The notes below the pieces were generated by a model that had not been told where the DNA came from, did no database searches, and saw only the letters and a program-made list of their open reading frames with translations. A DNA stretch of 64,000 bases from positions 338,115 to 402,114 of the forward strand of contig JANBVK010000001.1 of NCBI GenBank assembly GCA_024239035.1, written 5' to 3'. Within the stretch, counting starts at the first letter, position 1; every line of letters begins with the position of its first letter. Below, piece after piece: positions 47,939 to 57,688 of the stretch. The position numbers were made by a program, and so were the translations under genes. Source of the stretch: Patescibacteria group bacterium. Its GTDB lineage: Bacteria > Patescibacteriota > Minisyncoccia > UBA6257 > GWB1-50-10.

Positions 47939-48445
47939 ATTACCATTCGTTACAGAATCAACAACCAAATAACCGCAAAAGAGGTCAGGGTCATCGATGA
48001 TACTGGTCAGAGCCTAGGTGTTTTAAAACAGGAAGATGCTCTGCGTCTGGCCCAAGAGAAAAACCTTGACTTAATTGAGGTCGCTCCAAGAGCCAACCCA
48101 CCCGTTGCAAGAATAATAAGCTTTGATAAGTTCCGCTACCAAAAGGAAAAAGAAGAAAAAAAACAGCGTCAAGCCCAGAAAGTCAAAGAACTAAAACGAG
48201 TTAGGATAACTCCTAGAGCAGCTCTAAATGACCTTCAAATCAAGGCCAGGAGAGCAGACAAGTTTTTAGAGGGTGGTCATAAGGTAGAAATTAATCTGTT
48301 CCTTAGGGGTCGAGAAAAGAGAAATAAGACCTGGAGCCTGCAAAAACTGGATGAATTCTTACATATGATTAAGACCCCCTATAAAATAACTATGGAGGCA
48401 AAACGCGGTGGGAGAGGTTTTATCACGCAGATTGCAAAAAAATAA
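47939..48445 (+). CDS. infC: translation initiation factor IF-3 with non-ATG (ATT) start
   Basis: Missed by the ATG-based ORF track. The frame translates to ITIRYRINNQITAKEVRVIDDTGQSLGVLKQEDALRLAQEKNLDLIEVAPRANPPVARIISFDKFRYQ...FLRGREKRNK...ITQIAKK. The frame opens after TAG at 47927-47929. ATT at 47939 or 47945 is the likely start. Confidence 0.75.
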   Translation: MTIRYRINNQITAKEVRVIDDTGQSLGVLKQEDALRLAQEKNLDLIEVAPRANPPVARIISFDKFRYQKEKEEKKQRQAQKVKELKRVRITPRAALNDLQIKARRADKFLEGGHKVEINLFLRGREKRNKTWSLQKLDEFLHMIKTPYKITMEAKRGGRGFITQIAKK

Positions 48446-48618
48446 TGGCGAAAAACAGCATCTCAGACAGAATTAAAATTACCAAAAAAGGGAAGGTGAT
48501 ACGTCGGGCAATGGCACTCGGCCACTCGCGCAGCAACAAGCGCAGCGTTCAGATACAAAGAAAAAAAAGGAAACGAAGTCTAGGCATCCCGAGAAAGATA
48601 ATAAAAAAGTACTTATAA
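48445..48618 (+). CDS. rpmI: 50S ribosomal protein L35
   Basis: About 57 aa. MAKNSISDRIKITKKGKVIRRAMALGHSRSNKRSVQIQRKKRKRSLGIPRKIIKKYL. Start overlaps the infC stop (TAATG). Confidence 0.7.
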   Translation: MAKNSISDRIKITKKGKVIRRAMALGHSRSNKRSVQIQRKKRKRSLGIPRKIIKKYL

Positions 48619-48966
48619 ATGACACGAGTCAAACGAGGAACAACAGCCCACAAGAAAAGAGAAAAACTACTCAGCCACACTAAAGGATTCCGCTGGGGTA
48701 GGAAATCAAAAGAACGCGCTGCGAAGGAAGCGCTCCTTCATGCTTGGAGCCGCGCATTCAAAGGACGTAAAGAGAAAAAACGCGTCTTCCGCAGGTTATG
48801 GAATGTACGGATAGATGCTGCAGTTAGAGCGGAAGGATTGAAATACAGCATATTTATAAATGCGCTCAAAAAGAAAAACATCAAGCTTGATCGCAAAATT
48901 CTGGCTGATCTCGCCAGAAACGAACCTCAAACTTTTAAAAAGATTGTTGAATTCATCAAAACTTAA
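48619..48966 (+). CDS. rplT: 50S ribosomal protein L20
   Basis: 115 aa. [30 protein letters not shown]... Confidence 0.9.
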   Translation: MTRVKRGTTAHKKREKLLSHTKGFRWGRKSKERAAKEALLHAWSRAFKGRKEKKRVFRRLWNVRIDAAVRAEGLKYSIFINALKKKNIKLDRKILADLARNEPQTFKKIVEFIKT

Positions 48967-49258
48967 AACCGAACTTGTTCAAATTAACTCCTCCGCGCCG
49001 TATCTCAATACCCTCTTCCTCCAACATCTTTATTTTTGCTTTTACTCCTTTAGCATAACCGCCTACTAATCCATCTGACCGCACTACCCGATGACAAGGA
49101 ACTCTCTTACTACTGTAAGGATTTCTATTCAACGCGTTCCCAACCGCCCGAGCCGCTCTCGGTCTACCAATAGCACGTGCAACTTCCCGGTATGTAGCAA
49201 CCCTACCTCGGGGTATATTTCTAATGATGAGGTGTACTTTTTCGCTGAATAGCCGCAT
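48956..49258 (-). CDS. methylated-DNA-protein-cysteine methyltransferase, DNA-binding/active-site domain only
   Basis: 100 aa. [12 protein letters not shown]...[16 protein letters not shown] (PCHRV active site). No N-terminal domain. Confidence 0.75.
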   Translation of the reverse strand: MRLFSEKVHLIIRNIPRGRVATYREVARAIGRPRAARAVGNALNRNPYSSKRVPCHRVVRSDGLVGGYAKGVKAKIKMLEEEGIEIRRGGVNLNKFGFKF

Positions 49259-49694
49259 ATACTTTCCTTAAATTATTTTTCAGGTTCTGATACATAAGCA
49301 TTCTCAAGGCGTCTCGGTAGAGAAACCACCCGAACCCATTATGCTCGCGTGGAGAAATTTTTACTTGTGAAGTTCTTGTTTCGGCAAGGTAATAAATAAC
49401 CGTTTTGAAAACTTTCTTTTTATTTCTAGTGTATGTAAATCGGTCATAGGCCTTAAACCACTTATTAAAGCTGAGATCACGACTACCCAAGCCCGTTTCT
49501 TCCCGTACTTCTCTTAATGCAGTCTTGAATGCCGTCTCTTTACGTCCGGGTGACGCACCGTTTTCAAAATCAGAGTCTGATTCTATTTTCCCTTTTGGGA
49601 AATTCCAGTACTTACCGCCGTGATAAAGCAGCAAAAACTTCGGTCCCTCTTTTGTCTTCCTATAAATAATAATACCCGCTGAAACTTCCTTCAT
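49221..49694 (-). CDS. NUDIX hydrolase
   Basis: 157 aa. NUDIX box GKIESDSDFENGASPGRKETAFKTALREVREETG. Confidence 0.7.
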   Translation of the reverse strand: MKEVSAGIIIYRKTKEGPKFLLLYHGGKYWNFPKGKIESDSDFENGASPGRKETAFKTALREVREETGLGSRDLSFNKWFKAYDRFTYTRNKKKVFKTVIYYLAETRTSQVKISPREHNGFGWFLYRDALRMLMYQNLKNNLRKVYAAIQRKSTPHH

Positions 49695-51430
49695 TTTTTT
49701 AATATAGATAACATTTCATTAACCGGTCTTGTATTAATAACGTCCTTCTTTGATGCCCAACCGCGTCTCGCCTGAGCAATGCCATATTCCAAATATCCGA
49801 AGTGTTGCGGGGCATGGGCATCAGAATCAATCGCTACCTTTACCCCTACCTCCATACACCTCCGGACGTACTCAGCTTTCAAATCCAGCCGATCAGGATA
49901 CGCATCAATTTCCAAAACAGTTCCGGTGCGCTTAGCGGTTTTTATAATCTCTTCCATGTCTACTTCGTATGCATCGCGCCTTTGAATAATACGCCCCGTA
50001 GGATGAAACAGGATATCTACGTAAGGGTTACTGATAGCGCGTTTGATACGCTCAGTTTGCTCCCCGTAAGAGAGATTAAAATGAGAGTGGACTGCAACTC
50101 CTACCACATCAAGTTTGGCTAGAATCTTATCCGGTAAATCCAAACTCCCATCTTTCAAGATATCACATTCCGTACTTTTCAAAACCTTGAATTTGCCCCG
50201 CAATTTTCTATTCACCGCATCAATCTCTTTCCACTGTCTCTTGATTCGTTTCTCATCTAAACCATTGGTCATCGCGAGTCGCTTCGTGTGATCTGTAACG
50301 GCAATATACTTCAACCCCTTATCCATTGCAACCCTTGCCATCGCCTCAATAGAAGCATTGCCGTCAGTCCAATTCGTCTGCACTTGCAAGTCCCCCTTTA
50401 GGTCTTTGTAACCAACAAGTTTCGGCAGCCCGCCGGGTTTACCCTGAGCCTGTCGAAGGGCAGCCTCAATCTCGCCAAGGTTCTCACGCATTTCAGGTTC
50501 TATATAGTCCAACCCAAGTGCTTTGTAGATCCCTTCTTCTGTTTCACCGGCAATTTGTTTTTTTCCTCTAAACAATCCATACTCATTTAGTTTATATCCT
50601 TTTTTAATAGCGATTTCTCGAAGCGCAACGTTATGGTCCTTAGATCCGGTAAAATAATTTAATGCCGCACCATACGACCTCTTTTGGACCACTCTTAAAT
50701 CAACATCCAAGCCGTTTTTTAATTTCACTGCTCCCTTAGTATTACCCTTAGCATAAACACGCACCACCCCCGACATTGAAACAAAATAATCAATAACGGA
50801 TTTTGGATTTTTAGCAATCGCTAAAATATCAATATCACCAATAGTTTCCTTGCGGCGGCGAACCGACCCCGCCACCACAACCTTCTCCGTCGCTCTTAAA
50901 TCTCTAAGACGGCTCTCGATCTCTTTAATAAGTGGTTCGGTAAAACCCAAAACAAACCGGCCACCCGAACGCTTTAAAAACCCTATCCCTTTTAAAATAT
51001 TTTCTTCGCTTTTTCTACCAAATCCTTCCAGATCTCTAATTTTTCCTTTCTGAGCCGCTTTCTCTAAATCTTTTAAACTCTTAATCTTAAGTTTCTTGTA
51101 AAGCTTCAAAACCTGTTTCGGACCCAAGCCCTCTACTTTGGTTAAAGCGTGAACATCAACTGGAGTTTTCTTTTTAAGGGTTTCATAGTACTTTAAACGG
51201 CCTGTCTTGATAAGCTCCTCAATTTTCTCGGCAATAGAAATACCCACTCCGGGAATGTCTTCTAGTTCTTTCAACCCACCCCTTTTATAGATATCGCTAA
51301 CTCCCTCCTCAAGCCCCTCTATAACGTCTGCTACCTTTTCATAAGCACGCGGTTTAAATGCCACTTCCTCCATTTCCAGGTACTCACTAATGCTTCTTAG
51401 GATTTTTGCAACCTCCTCGTTACTTATCAT
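49691..51430 (-). CDS. family X DNA polymerase with C-terminal PHP domain
   Basis: 579 aa. HhH motifs, Pol-beta-like nucleotidyltransferase (GSVRRRKETIGDIDIL), PHP histidinol-phosphatase region. Confidence 0.85.
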   Translation of the reverse strand: MISNEEVAKILRSISEYLEMEEVAFKPRAYEKVADVIEGLEEGVSDIYKRGGLKELEDIPGVGISIAEKIEELIKTGRLKYYETLKKKTPVDVHALTKVEGLGPKQVLKLYKKLKIKSLKDLEKAAQKGKIRDLEGFGRKSEENILKGIGFLKRSGGRFVLGFTEPLIKEIESRLRDLRATEKVVVAGSVRRRKETIGDIDILAIAKNPKSVIDYFVSMSGVVRVYAKGNTKGAVKLKNGLDVDLRVVQKRSYGAALNYFTGSKDHNVALREIAIKKGYKLNEYGLFRGKKQIAGETEEGIYKALGLDYIEPEMRENLGEIEAALRQAQGKPGGLPKLVGYKDLKGDLQVQTNWTDGNASIEAMARVAMDKGLKYIAVTDHTKRLAMTNGLDEKRIKRQWKEIDAVNRKLRGKFKVLKSTECDILKDGSLDLPDKILAKLDVVGVAVHSHFNLSYGEQTERIKRAISNPYVDILFHPTGRIIQRRDAYEVDMEEIIKTAKRTGTVLEIDAYPDRLDLKAEYVRRCMEVGVKVAIDSDAHAPQHFGYLEYGIAQARRGWASKKDVINTRPVNEMLSILKK

Positions 51431-51447
51431 ATTTTCTACTATCCTTT

Positions 51448-53940
51448 TTACTCAACTATCCGAAACTCAAAATTACCATCCTCGAATGTAAGTTTAATTA
51501 TATTGCCTCGAGCAATCTCTTTTCGTAAAATTTTTTCGGCTAGAACACTCCTTATTTTTTCGGAGATAACCTGCCTCAACGGCCTTGCGCCAAAGACCGG
51601 GCTGTAACCTAATTCGGAAATCTTTCTCACGGCCGACTCATCAATAGTCAGTTCAATGCCATGAGTTTCCTGCAGAAGACTGGTAATTTCTTTAATTAAT
51701 ATGCCTGTGATAGTAAAAATCTCCTCCATATTGAGGTTACGAAACACAATCACGTCGGAAAAACGGTTAAGAAGCTCCGGTTTGAAATAATCAGTTAATT
51801 TTCTTTTCAGGTTTTCCCCAATCTCCTCAATACTTTTCTCTTTCTCAATCTCCGACTTAATGAAATTAGAGTGAGCATTGGAAGTAGCAATAATAACCGT
51901 ATTCTCAAATCCCACTGTCCGACCAAGACTGTCGGTTAAACGGCCGTCATCAAAAACCTGAAGAAAAAGATTCAAAATATCAGGATGAGCTTTCTCAAAT
52001 TCATCAAGTAAAACCAGACTGTAAGGTTTCTCTAAAATCGCGTCAGTTAGCGTCCCCGTCCTCTTACCGTCGGGTGTGCCGATAAAACGGAAGACACTCT
52101 GCTTATCTTGATATTCAGACATATCAAAACGCTCCATTAAATCTTTAGAGCCGAATTGGACTCTAGTTAGAATTTTAGCTAACTCTGTCTTACCAACGCC
52201 TGTCGGGCCTACAAAAAGAAAGGTGGCAATGGGACCACCGCGGCGGGAGAGCCCGCTCCTATATTCCCGGAGCGCTCGCGAGACCGCCTGCACTGCCGCC
52301 TCCTGATTAACAAGTCGCTCATGGATAATCTTCTCTAGATTTAGCAGTTTTTCCGTCTCCTCAGGCCCGGCTTTCTGAATTGGAATCTTACTCTGCTCTT
52401 CAGCCACCTTAACTACTATCTCTTCCTCTAAGGTTTTTAGGCTTTTCTGATTAGCTCTAGCGAGGGCCTGTTTTAACAGATCAACCGCACTACCGGGCAA
52501 AAGTTTGTCTCTAAAGTAACGATGAGCCAGAGAAACCGCCCTCCTTACCGCTCTAAAGGTTATGAAAACTTTAAATTCTCTCTCCAAAATGAGGCTGTTA
52601 TGAACAAGAAAACGCAGGGCCTCCGACTCGCTTATTTCGTGAACGTCCACAACCTCAAATTGATTTAGAAAATCCGATCTCGGTTCAATAAAGCGTTTAA
52701 ACTCTCGGGGATAAGTCTCGCCGATCATAGGAATCCCACCACTCTTTATAACCGGCAATAGAATATCCATGGCATTTAAAGAACGGCTTTGAGCCGTCCT
52801 AAACAAATCATGAATATTAGGAATGAAAAGAACAATATTCCCGGCCATAATAATCTCTTCAGTAATCTTCTGAAGCCGACCGGCCAAAACTTCAGGTGGA
52901 GCATCGGCCATTAAATCCGAAATCTCTAAAGAAACCAGACGTTTGTCAAAGAGAACTGATGGAACGTCATCTTTTACCATCTTAAAAGCCAGATGAGCAA
53001 TCATAGTTGACTTACCAGCACCGGGCTCACCAACAAGAAGAACATTTGGCTTCCCCGGCCTTGAGATAACGTTCAACATTGCTCTAAATTCCCTTTTATG
53101 CCCTATAAGGAACCCGATTTTCTCGGCTCTGGCTAAACTCGTCAGATCAACGCTAAACGAATCAAGAGTGGGCGTCGGCCGAGCAGTCCAGGCTCGGTTC
53201 ATAACCCGCCTTCTCAAAAATCTGGGCCGATGAGCAAACTCACCCAAAACAGAGGGTAGTCGATGAACCCGGGCAAAAAGTTTACGATAACGACCAAAGA
53301 CAACAACTTCCTCTAAATCAGTAACTGTTATATCAAAAAGCTCAAAAAGCTTAATAAGACTTGTGTCTTTCACCGAACACAGAGCCACAAAGATGTTACG
53401 AGGTTCAATAAATTTCTCACTAGTTCTTACCGCGTTCTGATGAGCAGATATAATCAACGTTTCAATCAAATCCAAAAGTTCTGCCCGCCTAAATTTCTTA
53501 ACCGGCTTTTCTAAATATTCCTCTATTTTTTGGATAAACTCCTCAGGTGAAACACTTAGCCTCCTAAAGGCCGCTTTAACGTCTCTCCGATAAATTAACT
53601 CTTTCAAGAGAACTAAATAAAAATTCTGGTTTATTAAAAGCGCCTTACGAAAAGCATAGTTTAGAACACGATAAGCAGCCGGTGTAATTGTTGAGGCTAG
53701 GTTGACTTTCTCGCCTTTAAGATTAGGTAAAGATCTCTCTGCCTCGCCAAAATGAATCAGCCGGTCAATTAAGAATAGAGTAAATAGCACTGCCAGCCAC
53801 CTCAAAGAAGAAACGTCGGAGAAAAGCAAAAGCAGGGTTACTGCGACAAGGACGATGTAGAAAGAGTAGGTAACCAACCTTACCAAGAATTCTCCTGGTT
53901 TCGTCAGGTAGAAACGTGGTTCTTTAAAATACAAAACCAT
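51448..53940 (-). CDS. membrane-anchored Clp/Hsp100-family double-AAA+ ATPase
   Basis: 830 aa. Two N-terminal TM helices (YSFYIVLVAVTLLLLF; WLAVLFTLFLI). D1 Walker A LLVGEPGAGKST. D2 [16 protein letters not shown]. Confidence 0.7.
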   Translation of the reverse strand: MVLYFKEPRFYLTKPGEFLVRLVTYSFYIVLVAVTLLLLFSDVSSLRWLAVLFTLFLIDRLIHFGEAERSLPNLKGEKVNLASTITPAAYRVLNYAFRKALLINQNFYLVLLKELIYRRDVKAAFRRLSVSPEEFIQKIEEYLEKPVKKFRRAELLDLIETLIISAHQNAVRTSEKFIEPRNIFVALCSVKDTSLIKLFELFDITVTDLEEVVVFGRYRKLFARVHRLPSVLGEFAHRPRFLRRRVMNRAWTARPTPTLDSFSVDLTSLARAEKIGFLIGHKREFRAMLNVISRPGKPNVLLVGEPGAGKSTMIAHLAFKMVKDDVPSVLFDKRLVSLEISDLMADAPPEVLAGRLQKITEEIIMAGNIVLFIPNIHDLFRTAQSRSLNAMDILLPVIKSGGIPMIGETYPREFKRFIEPRSDFLNQFEVVDVHEISESEALRFLVHNSLILEREFKVFITFRAVRRAVSLAHRYFRDKLLPGSAVDLLKQALARANQKSLKTLEEEIVVKVAEEQSKIPIQKAGPEETEKLLNLEKIIHERLVNQEAAVQAVSRALREYRSGLSRRGGPIATFLFVGPTGVGKTELAKILTRVQFGSKDLMERFDMSEYQDKQSVFRFIGTPDGKRTGTLTDAILEKPYSLVLLDEFEKAHPDILNLFLQVFDDGRLTDSLGRTVGFENTVIIATSNAHSNFIKSEIEKEKSIEEIGENLKRKLTDYFKPELLNRFSDVIVFRNLNMEEIFTITGILIKEITSLLQETHGIELTIDESAVRKISELGYSPVFGARPLRQVISEKIRSVLAEKILRKEIARGNIIKLTFEDGNFEFRIVE

Positions 53941-54352
53941 TTCTAAAAATTAGAAAAATAAGGTAGGCGGGGATAAGGAGCCAAAGAAGATACAGACCAA
54001 TCGCAATTAAGAAGAGGATCCCGTAAACCACGCTTGCTATCGTTAATCTCCCCAAACGAAAGAGAAAACCTAAAATATAACCAATTGGAGAATAGTCTTT
54101 ATATAGCGGTTGAAAAAGATATTTTAAAGTTATCTTCCATGCTAAGTAATAATCAATTCTACTCAAAATATCCAAAACAAAATTTGAATATATCTTAACG
54201 CTCTTCACATACCAATGACGCAAGAACTCTATGGCCCTGTAAACAAACCTCTGCGCCAAGTAACCCAAGGCGAAATTCACCCCGTTAGAAATCCACCCTG
54301 CCTTTGGCACGGCGGCAGCCGCCTGGGGCGGCTTATTTCTAACGGGGTTCAT
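53924..54352 (-). CDS. hypothetical membrane protein
   Basis: 142 aa, 3-4 TM helices. Confidence 0.35.
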   Translation of the reverse strand: MNPVRNKPPQAAAAVPKAGWISNGVNFALGYLAQRFVYRAIEFLRHWYVKSVKIYSNFVLDILSRIDYYLAWKITLKYLFQPLYKDYSPIGYILGFLFRLGRLTIASVVYGILFLIAIGLYLLWLLIPAYLIFLIFRNGFVF

Positions 54353-54791
54353 ATCTTCATTATAGCGGAGAATATGATCACTGTTCTGAAAAGTGTAAGC
54401 CCCCGGAGATTCTCTTCCGGGGGCTCAATACCGAATCAGTCGGTTCCTGGATGATGCTAGGGAGGCTTTCCGCTACGAGGTATCATAGTGCCCCTTCTTC
54501 GCGTTACGGGTTAAAATGAACTGCGACGACCCTGACGCTTACGCTCGGTGGTCAGTGGTCGGCGCCCTCCGGGGTGGCCTTCGTTGGCTTCGTGGTGGCC
54601 GTCTCCGTCGCCGCTGCTGTCGCTTCTTTCCTTCTCCTCCGGCAATGCTCCCTGTACCGCATGTTACACCTCTCTTGTGCAGGGTTGTGAGGTTGCACCT
54701 GGGCTTACATGGTCATCATCTAAAAACCACAAAGGGCTGTTATTAAAGTAAACTTATTCCCGGAATGAATCAACAAACGGGGTGTGGAAAA

Positions 54792-55469
54792 CTAGAACAG
54801 TGTGTCCTGTTGTGAAACAACATTTTCATCATCATCACTAATTACCTCTTCAGCCAGTGACTCGTGCTTCTCGATAATTAATGGGAGTCTTCGAAAACTC
54901 TCGGTGAGCGCATTAAGTGTTCCTGTCCCTCTTAATGCTGCGGCTGGGTGAAAAAGCGGCACAACAAACCATTTACCAACCTTGAATATCTTCCCCTGAT
55001 CACGGGTGATTTTTGCCTTCGGTAGAAAATAGTTCATGGCAAATCTACCCAGAGGAGCGACTATTTTCGGATTAATAATCTCGATTTGCCTTGCAAGATA
55101 GGGTTTGTACGCCTCAATTTCTTCAGGGGAGGGATCACGATTCCCCGGCGGACGGCGCTTTATTATATTAGTAATGTAGACTTCTTCGCGTTTCCATCCG
55201 ATGCCTACAATAAGCTTATCAAGGAGTTGTCCGGCCCGCCCCACAAATGGGCGTCTCAGCTGGTCCTCGTGGTAGCCGGGACCCTCCCCGATAAACATAA
55301 CTGCCGCATCAATACTCCCTTCTCCAAAAACTAAATTTGATTCCCGGAGCGGGAGCGAGGCATCGCTTCGCATTTCTTCTTCTAGTTTCTTAAGTTCCTC
55401 CTCTTTGCTCATAAGCTCTATTATAGTCCACTTAATAAAGTAAAATCCGAGCCGCAGACACAGACTCAA
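54792..55469 (-). CDS. uracil-DNA glycosylase, family 4
   Basis: FIGEGPGYHEDQLRRPFVGRAGQLLDK motif. Probable start at MSKEEELKK (around 55409). Confidence 0.75.
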   Translation of the reverse strand: MSLCLRLGFYFIKWTIIELMSKEEELKKLEEEMRSDASLPLRESNLVFGEGSIDAAVMFIGEGPGYHEDQLRRPFVGRAGQLLDKLIVGIGWKREEVYITNIIKRRPPGNRDPSPEEIEAYKPYLARQIEIINPKIVAPLGRFAMNYFLPKAKITRDQGKIFKVGKWFVVPLFHPAAALRGTGTLNALTESFRRLPLIIEKHESLAEEVISDDDENVVSQQDTLF

Positions 55470-56395
55470 AAATATTGTATTTCTTCTTCTAGCTCAATCC
55501 CGAACTTTTTTTTAACCCTGCTCTTTAAAATTTGAGCAAGTTTTTTAACATCGGCCGCCGTACCCCTTCTCTTGTTAATAAATAGATTCCCGTGAAAATC
55601 AGCAATCTCAATGCCGCCCACACACATTCCCTTTGCTCCTACTTCCTCTAATAAGTAACCTGTGGGAATTTTACCTTCAATAATTTTAGACTTATCAATG
55701 CGCAGAAGAGTTTTCTTCGAGACGTCTCTCACGAGTACGTTCTTAAAGAAGCTGCCGGGGCATCGTAGATCAGGTTTGTATTTCTTAAGCCTTAATTTAA
55801 TAATGTCTCGTGAAACTTTTCTAAGTTTTTGCGGATTCCCTTTTCCGAATTTAAGCACAGTCTTCAGCAAAAGATATGGTTTCCCTTTAAAAACGCTCTC
55901 GCGATATTTAAATCGGCAGTCTTTGTTCATGAGCCACCGCCGTTTACCTTTACCTTGAGTTCCACCAGAGGGATCCCAAATCTCCACCTTCTCTACAACC
56001 TGAGAGATTGAGCGTCCATAAGCCCCGGCGTTACCGACAACCGCGCCGCCAACAGTCCCGGGAATCCCGGAGAGTGTCTCAAGGCCTTTTAGCCCCGACT
56101 CAATTGATCTCTTGATAACACTCGCCAAGGGCACGCTTGCATCAACGAACATCCTCAAGCCCTTAACCTCTAACTTCCCGCCACGAAGATGTATAAGCAA
56201 TCCATTAAGTTTTGCGTCAGGAAAAACAATGTTGCTTCCGCCCGCTAAAACTCTATACGGTATACTTCGCTGCCCTGCCCACTTAATTACCTCAATCAAA
56301 TCGTCCGATTTTTTTACTGAACAAAAATACTCAACCCTACCACCGATCCCGAAGGTACTAAGAGGTGCTAATGAAATATTTTTTCTAATCCTCAT
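55466..56395 (-). CDS. murB: UDP-N-acetylenolpyruvoylglucosamine reductase
   Basis: 309 aa. FAD-binding LSTFGIGGRVEYF... and C-terminal MurB domain. Confidence 0.85.
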   Translation of the reverse strand: MRIRKNISLAPLSTFGIGGRVEYFCSVKKSDDLIEVIKWAGQRSIPYRVLAGGSNIVFPDAKLNGLLIHLRGGKLEVKGLRMFVDASVPLASVIKRSIESGLKGLETLSGIPGTVGGAVVGNAGAYGRSISQVVEKVEIWDPSGGTQGKGKRRWLMNKDCRFKYRESVFKGKPYLLLKTVLKFGKGNPQKLRKVSRDIIKLRLKKYKPDLRCPGSFFKNVLVRDVSKKTLLRIDKSKIIEGKIPTGYLLEEVGAKGMCVGGIEIADFHGNLFINKRRGTAADVKKLAQILKSRVKKKFGIELEEEIQYF

Positions 56396-56397
56396 TG

Positions 56398-56469
56398 CGC
56401 CCTCGAGAGGAATCGAACCCCTACCTTAAGCTCCGGAAGCTCACATTCTATCCGTTAAACTACGAGGGC
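56398..56469 (-). tRNA. tRNA-Arg (CCG), CCA not encoded
   Basis: GCCCTCG-TA-GTTT-AACGGATA-GAAT-G-TGAGC-TTCCGGA-GCTTA-AGGTA-GGGGT-TCGATTC-CTCTC-GAGGGC-G. murB starts 3 nt downstream. Confidence 0.8.
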
Positions 56470-56526
56470 TAAGAACCTACCTCCATAATAATTCCTTAGG
56501 TTCTTAATCCAAAATACCCTATAAAC

Positions 56527-57636
56527 TTAAAGAACGAAAGTAACCATGGCGTAGACAAGAGCCACTGAAAAAACTAGATATAAAGGCCAACTTACCCATC
56601 GCCAAGAAGCTTTCGGGAATGCTTTCCGCCACATCGAAATAACGAAGATTCCCTCAAGTCCCATAAAAACACCCCCAGTAAAATTGACTGCAGTTAAAAA
56701 ATTCTGAAATCCAACAAAGTAAAGCATGAGAGGTATAAGAAGGACAACTAAGGCACTCAGCCAACCCGGAGTTCTCAAGTCATCTTTTAACATCTCCCGA
56801 ACGTTCGCCCCGATCATAAAATAAGAAGTCCAAAGCGTTAAAAGACCCATAACACCCAGAAGCGTTAAAAGCTCAGACGATAAAAAACTCAAACTATTCA
56901 AGGCCTCCGGCGAAACATCACTGCTCAACCGCAGAATACCCACCACAAATAAGATATATACAATAACCGGAATAAACGTTCCTAAAAAAATGGCCTTACC
57001 TAAAGGAAAGCTCCTACCGTTACGCTTTGCTTCGCGGTATTCATCTACAACCTTCGGTACCGCTGACCTTGCTGCAAAGGCGAATAGTAGCGGACCAAAG
57101 GGTAAAAAAAACGAGGTTATATCTAACCCCTTAAAGAGCGGTACATCGAGCGGAGAAGTACCACCAACACCAAAAATAACAGCGACGATGGCTATAATAC
57201 CCAGCGCACCAAGAAATTCTGCCAAGCCCTGCCACGACAGCTTTACAAATATAAAAATGGAACCCACCGCCCAAAAGATAAATAAGGGAATAAGACCTGG
57301 GGCATCGGCGATTAGTTCAAAAAAAGTAGGAACTAGAATTAAATAGATAGTTAAAGTCAATAAAAGCCCGCCCAAAACGAGGAACGAGGCAAACCCAGAG
57401 AGGTATTTAGGCAAAAAGTTCTTAGCGAGATAAAAAAACCGATGTTCTTCCTTGCTCGTCTGTACAAGTTTTGCATACATTAAAAAAATAGCGAAATACA
57501 CAAATGCGAAGAAAACCAAATAAAAAAAGCCGCTCAGTAATCCCAGCTGGACAAAAACATACGGTAAGGAAAAAATACCCGCGCCAATAATTGTCCCCGC
57601 TAAAAAACCAGTTGCTAATAAAAAATTCCTGTTCAT
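56527..57636 (-). CDS. amino-acid permease-like transporter (HAAAP/APC-like), 11 TM
   Basis: 369 aa. N-terminus LATGFLAGTIIGAGIFSLPYVF resembles aromatic/hydroxy amino-acid permeases. Confidence 0.5.
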   Translation of the reverse strand: MNRNFLLATGFLAGTIIGAGIFSLPYVFVQLGLLSGFFYLVFFAFVYFAIFLMYAKLVQTSKEEHRFFYLAKNFLPKYLSGFASFLVLGGLLLTLTIYLILVPTFFELIADAPGLIPLFIFWAVGSIFIFVKLSWQGLAEFLGALGIIAIVAVIFGVGGTSPLDVPLFKGLDITSFFLPFGPLLFAFAARSAVPKVVDEYREAKRNGRSFPLGKAIFLGTFIPVIVYILFVVGILRLSSDVSPEALNSLSFLSSELLTLLGVMGLLTLWTSYFMIGANVREMLKDDLRTPGWLSALVVLLIPLMLYFVGFQNFLTAVNFTGGVFMGLEGIFVISMWRKAFPKASWRWVSWPLYLVFSVALVYAMVTFVL

Positions 57637-57688
57637 ACGACAGTTCCTAAAAATAACAATTAAATTGCTAAAAATCTGTTAGACTGTT

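Noticed and set aside
54516-54751. Two overlapping + strand ORFs in the GC-rich island
   Set aside because: Their translations are Arg/Gly/Leu/Pro-rich low-complexity strings typical of random GC-rich DNA. There is no RBS. The region is treated as noncoding.
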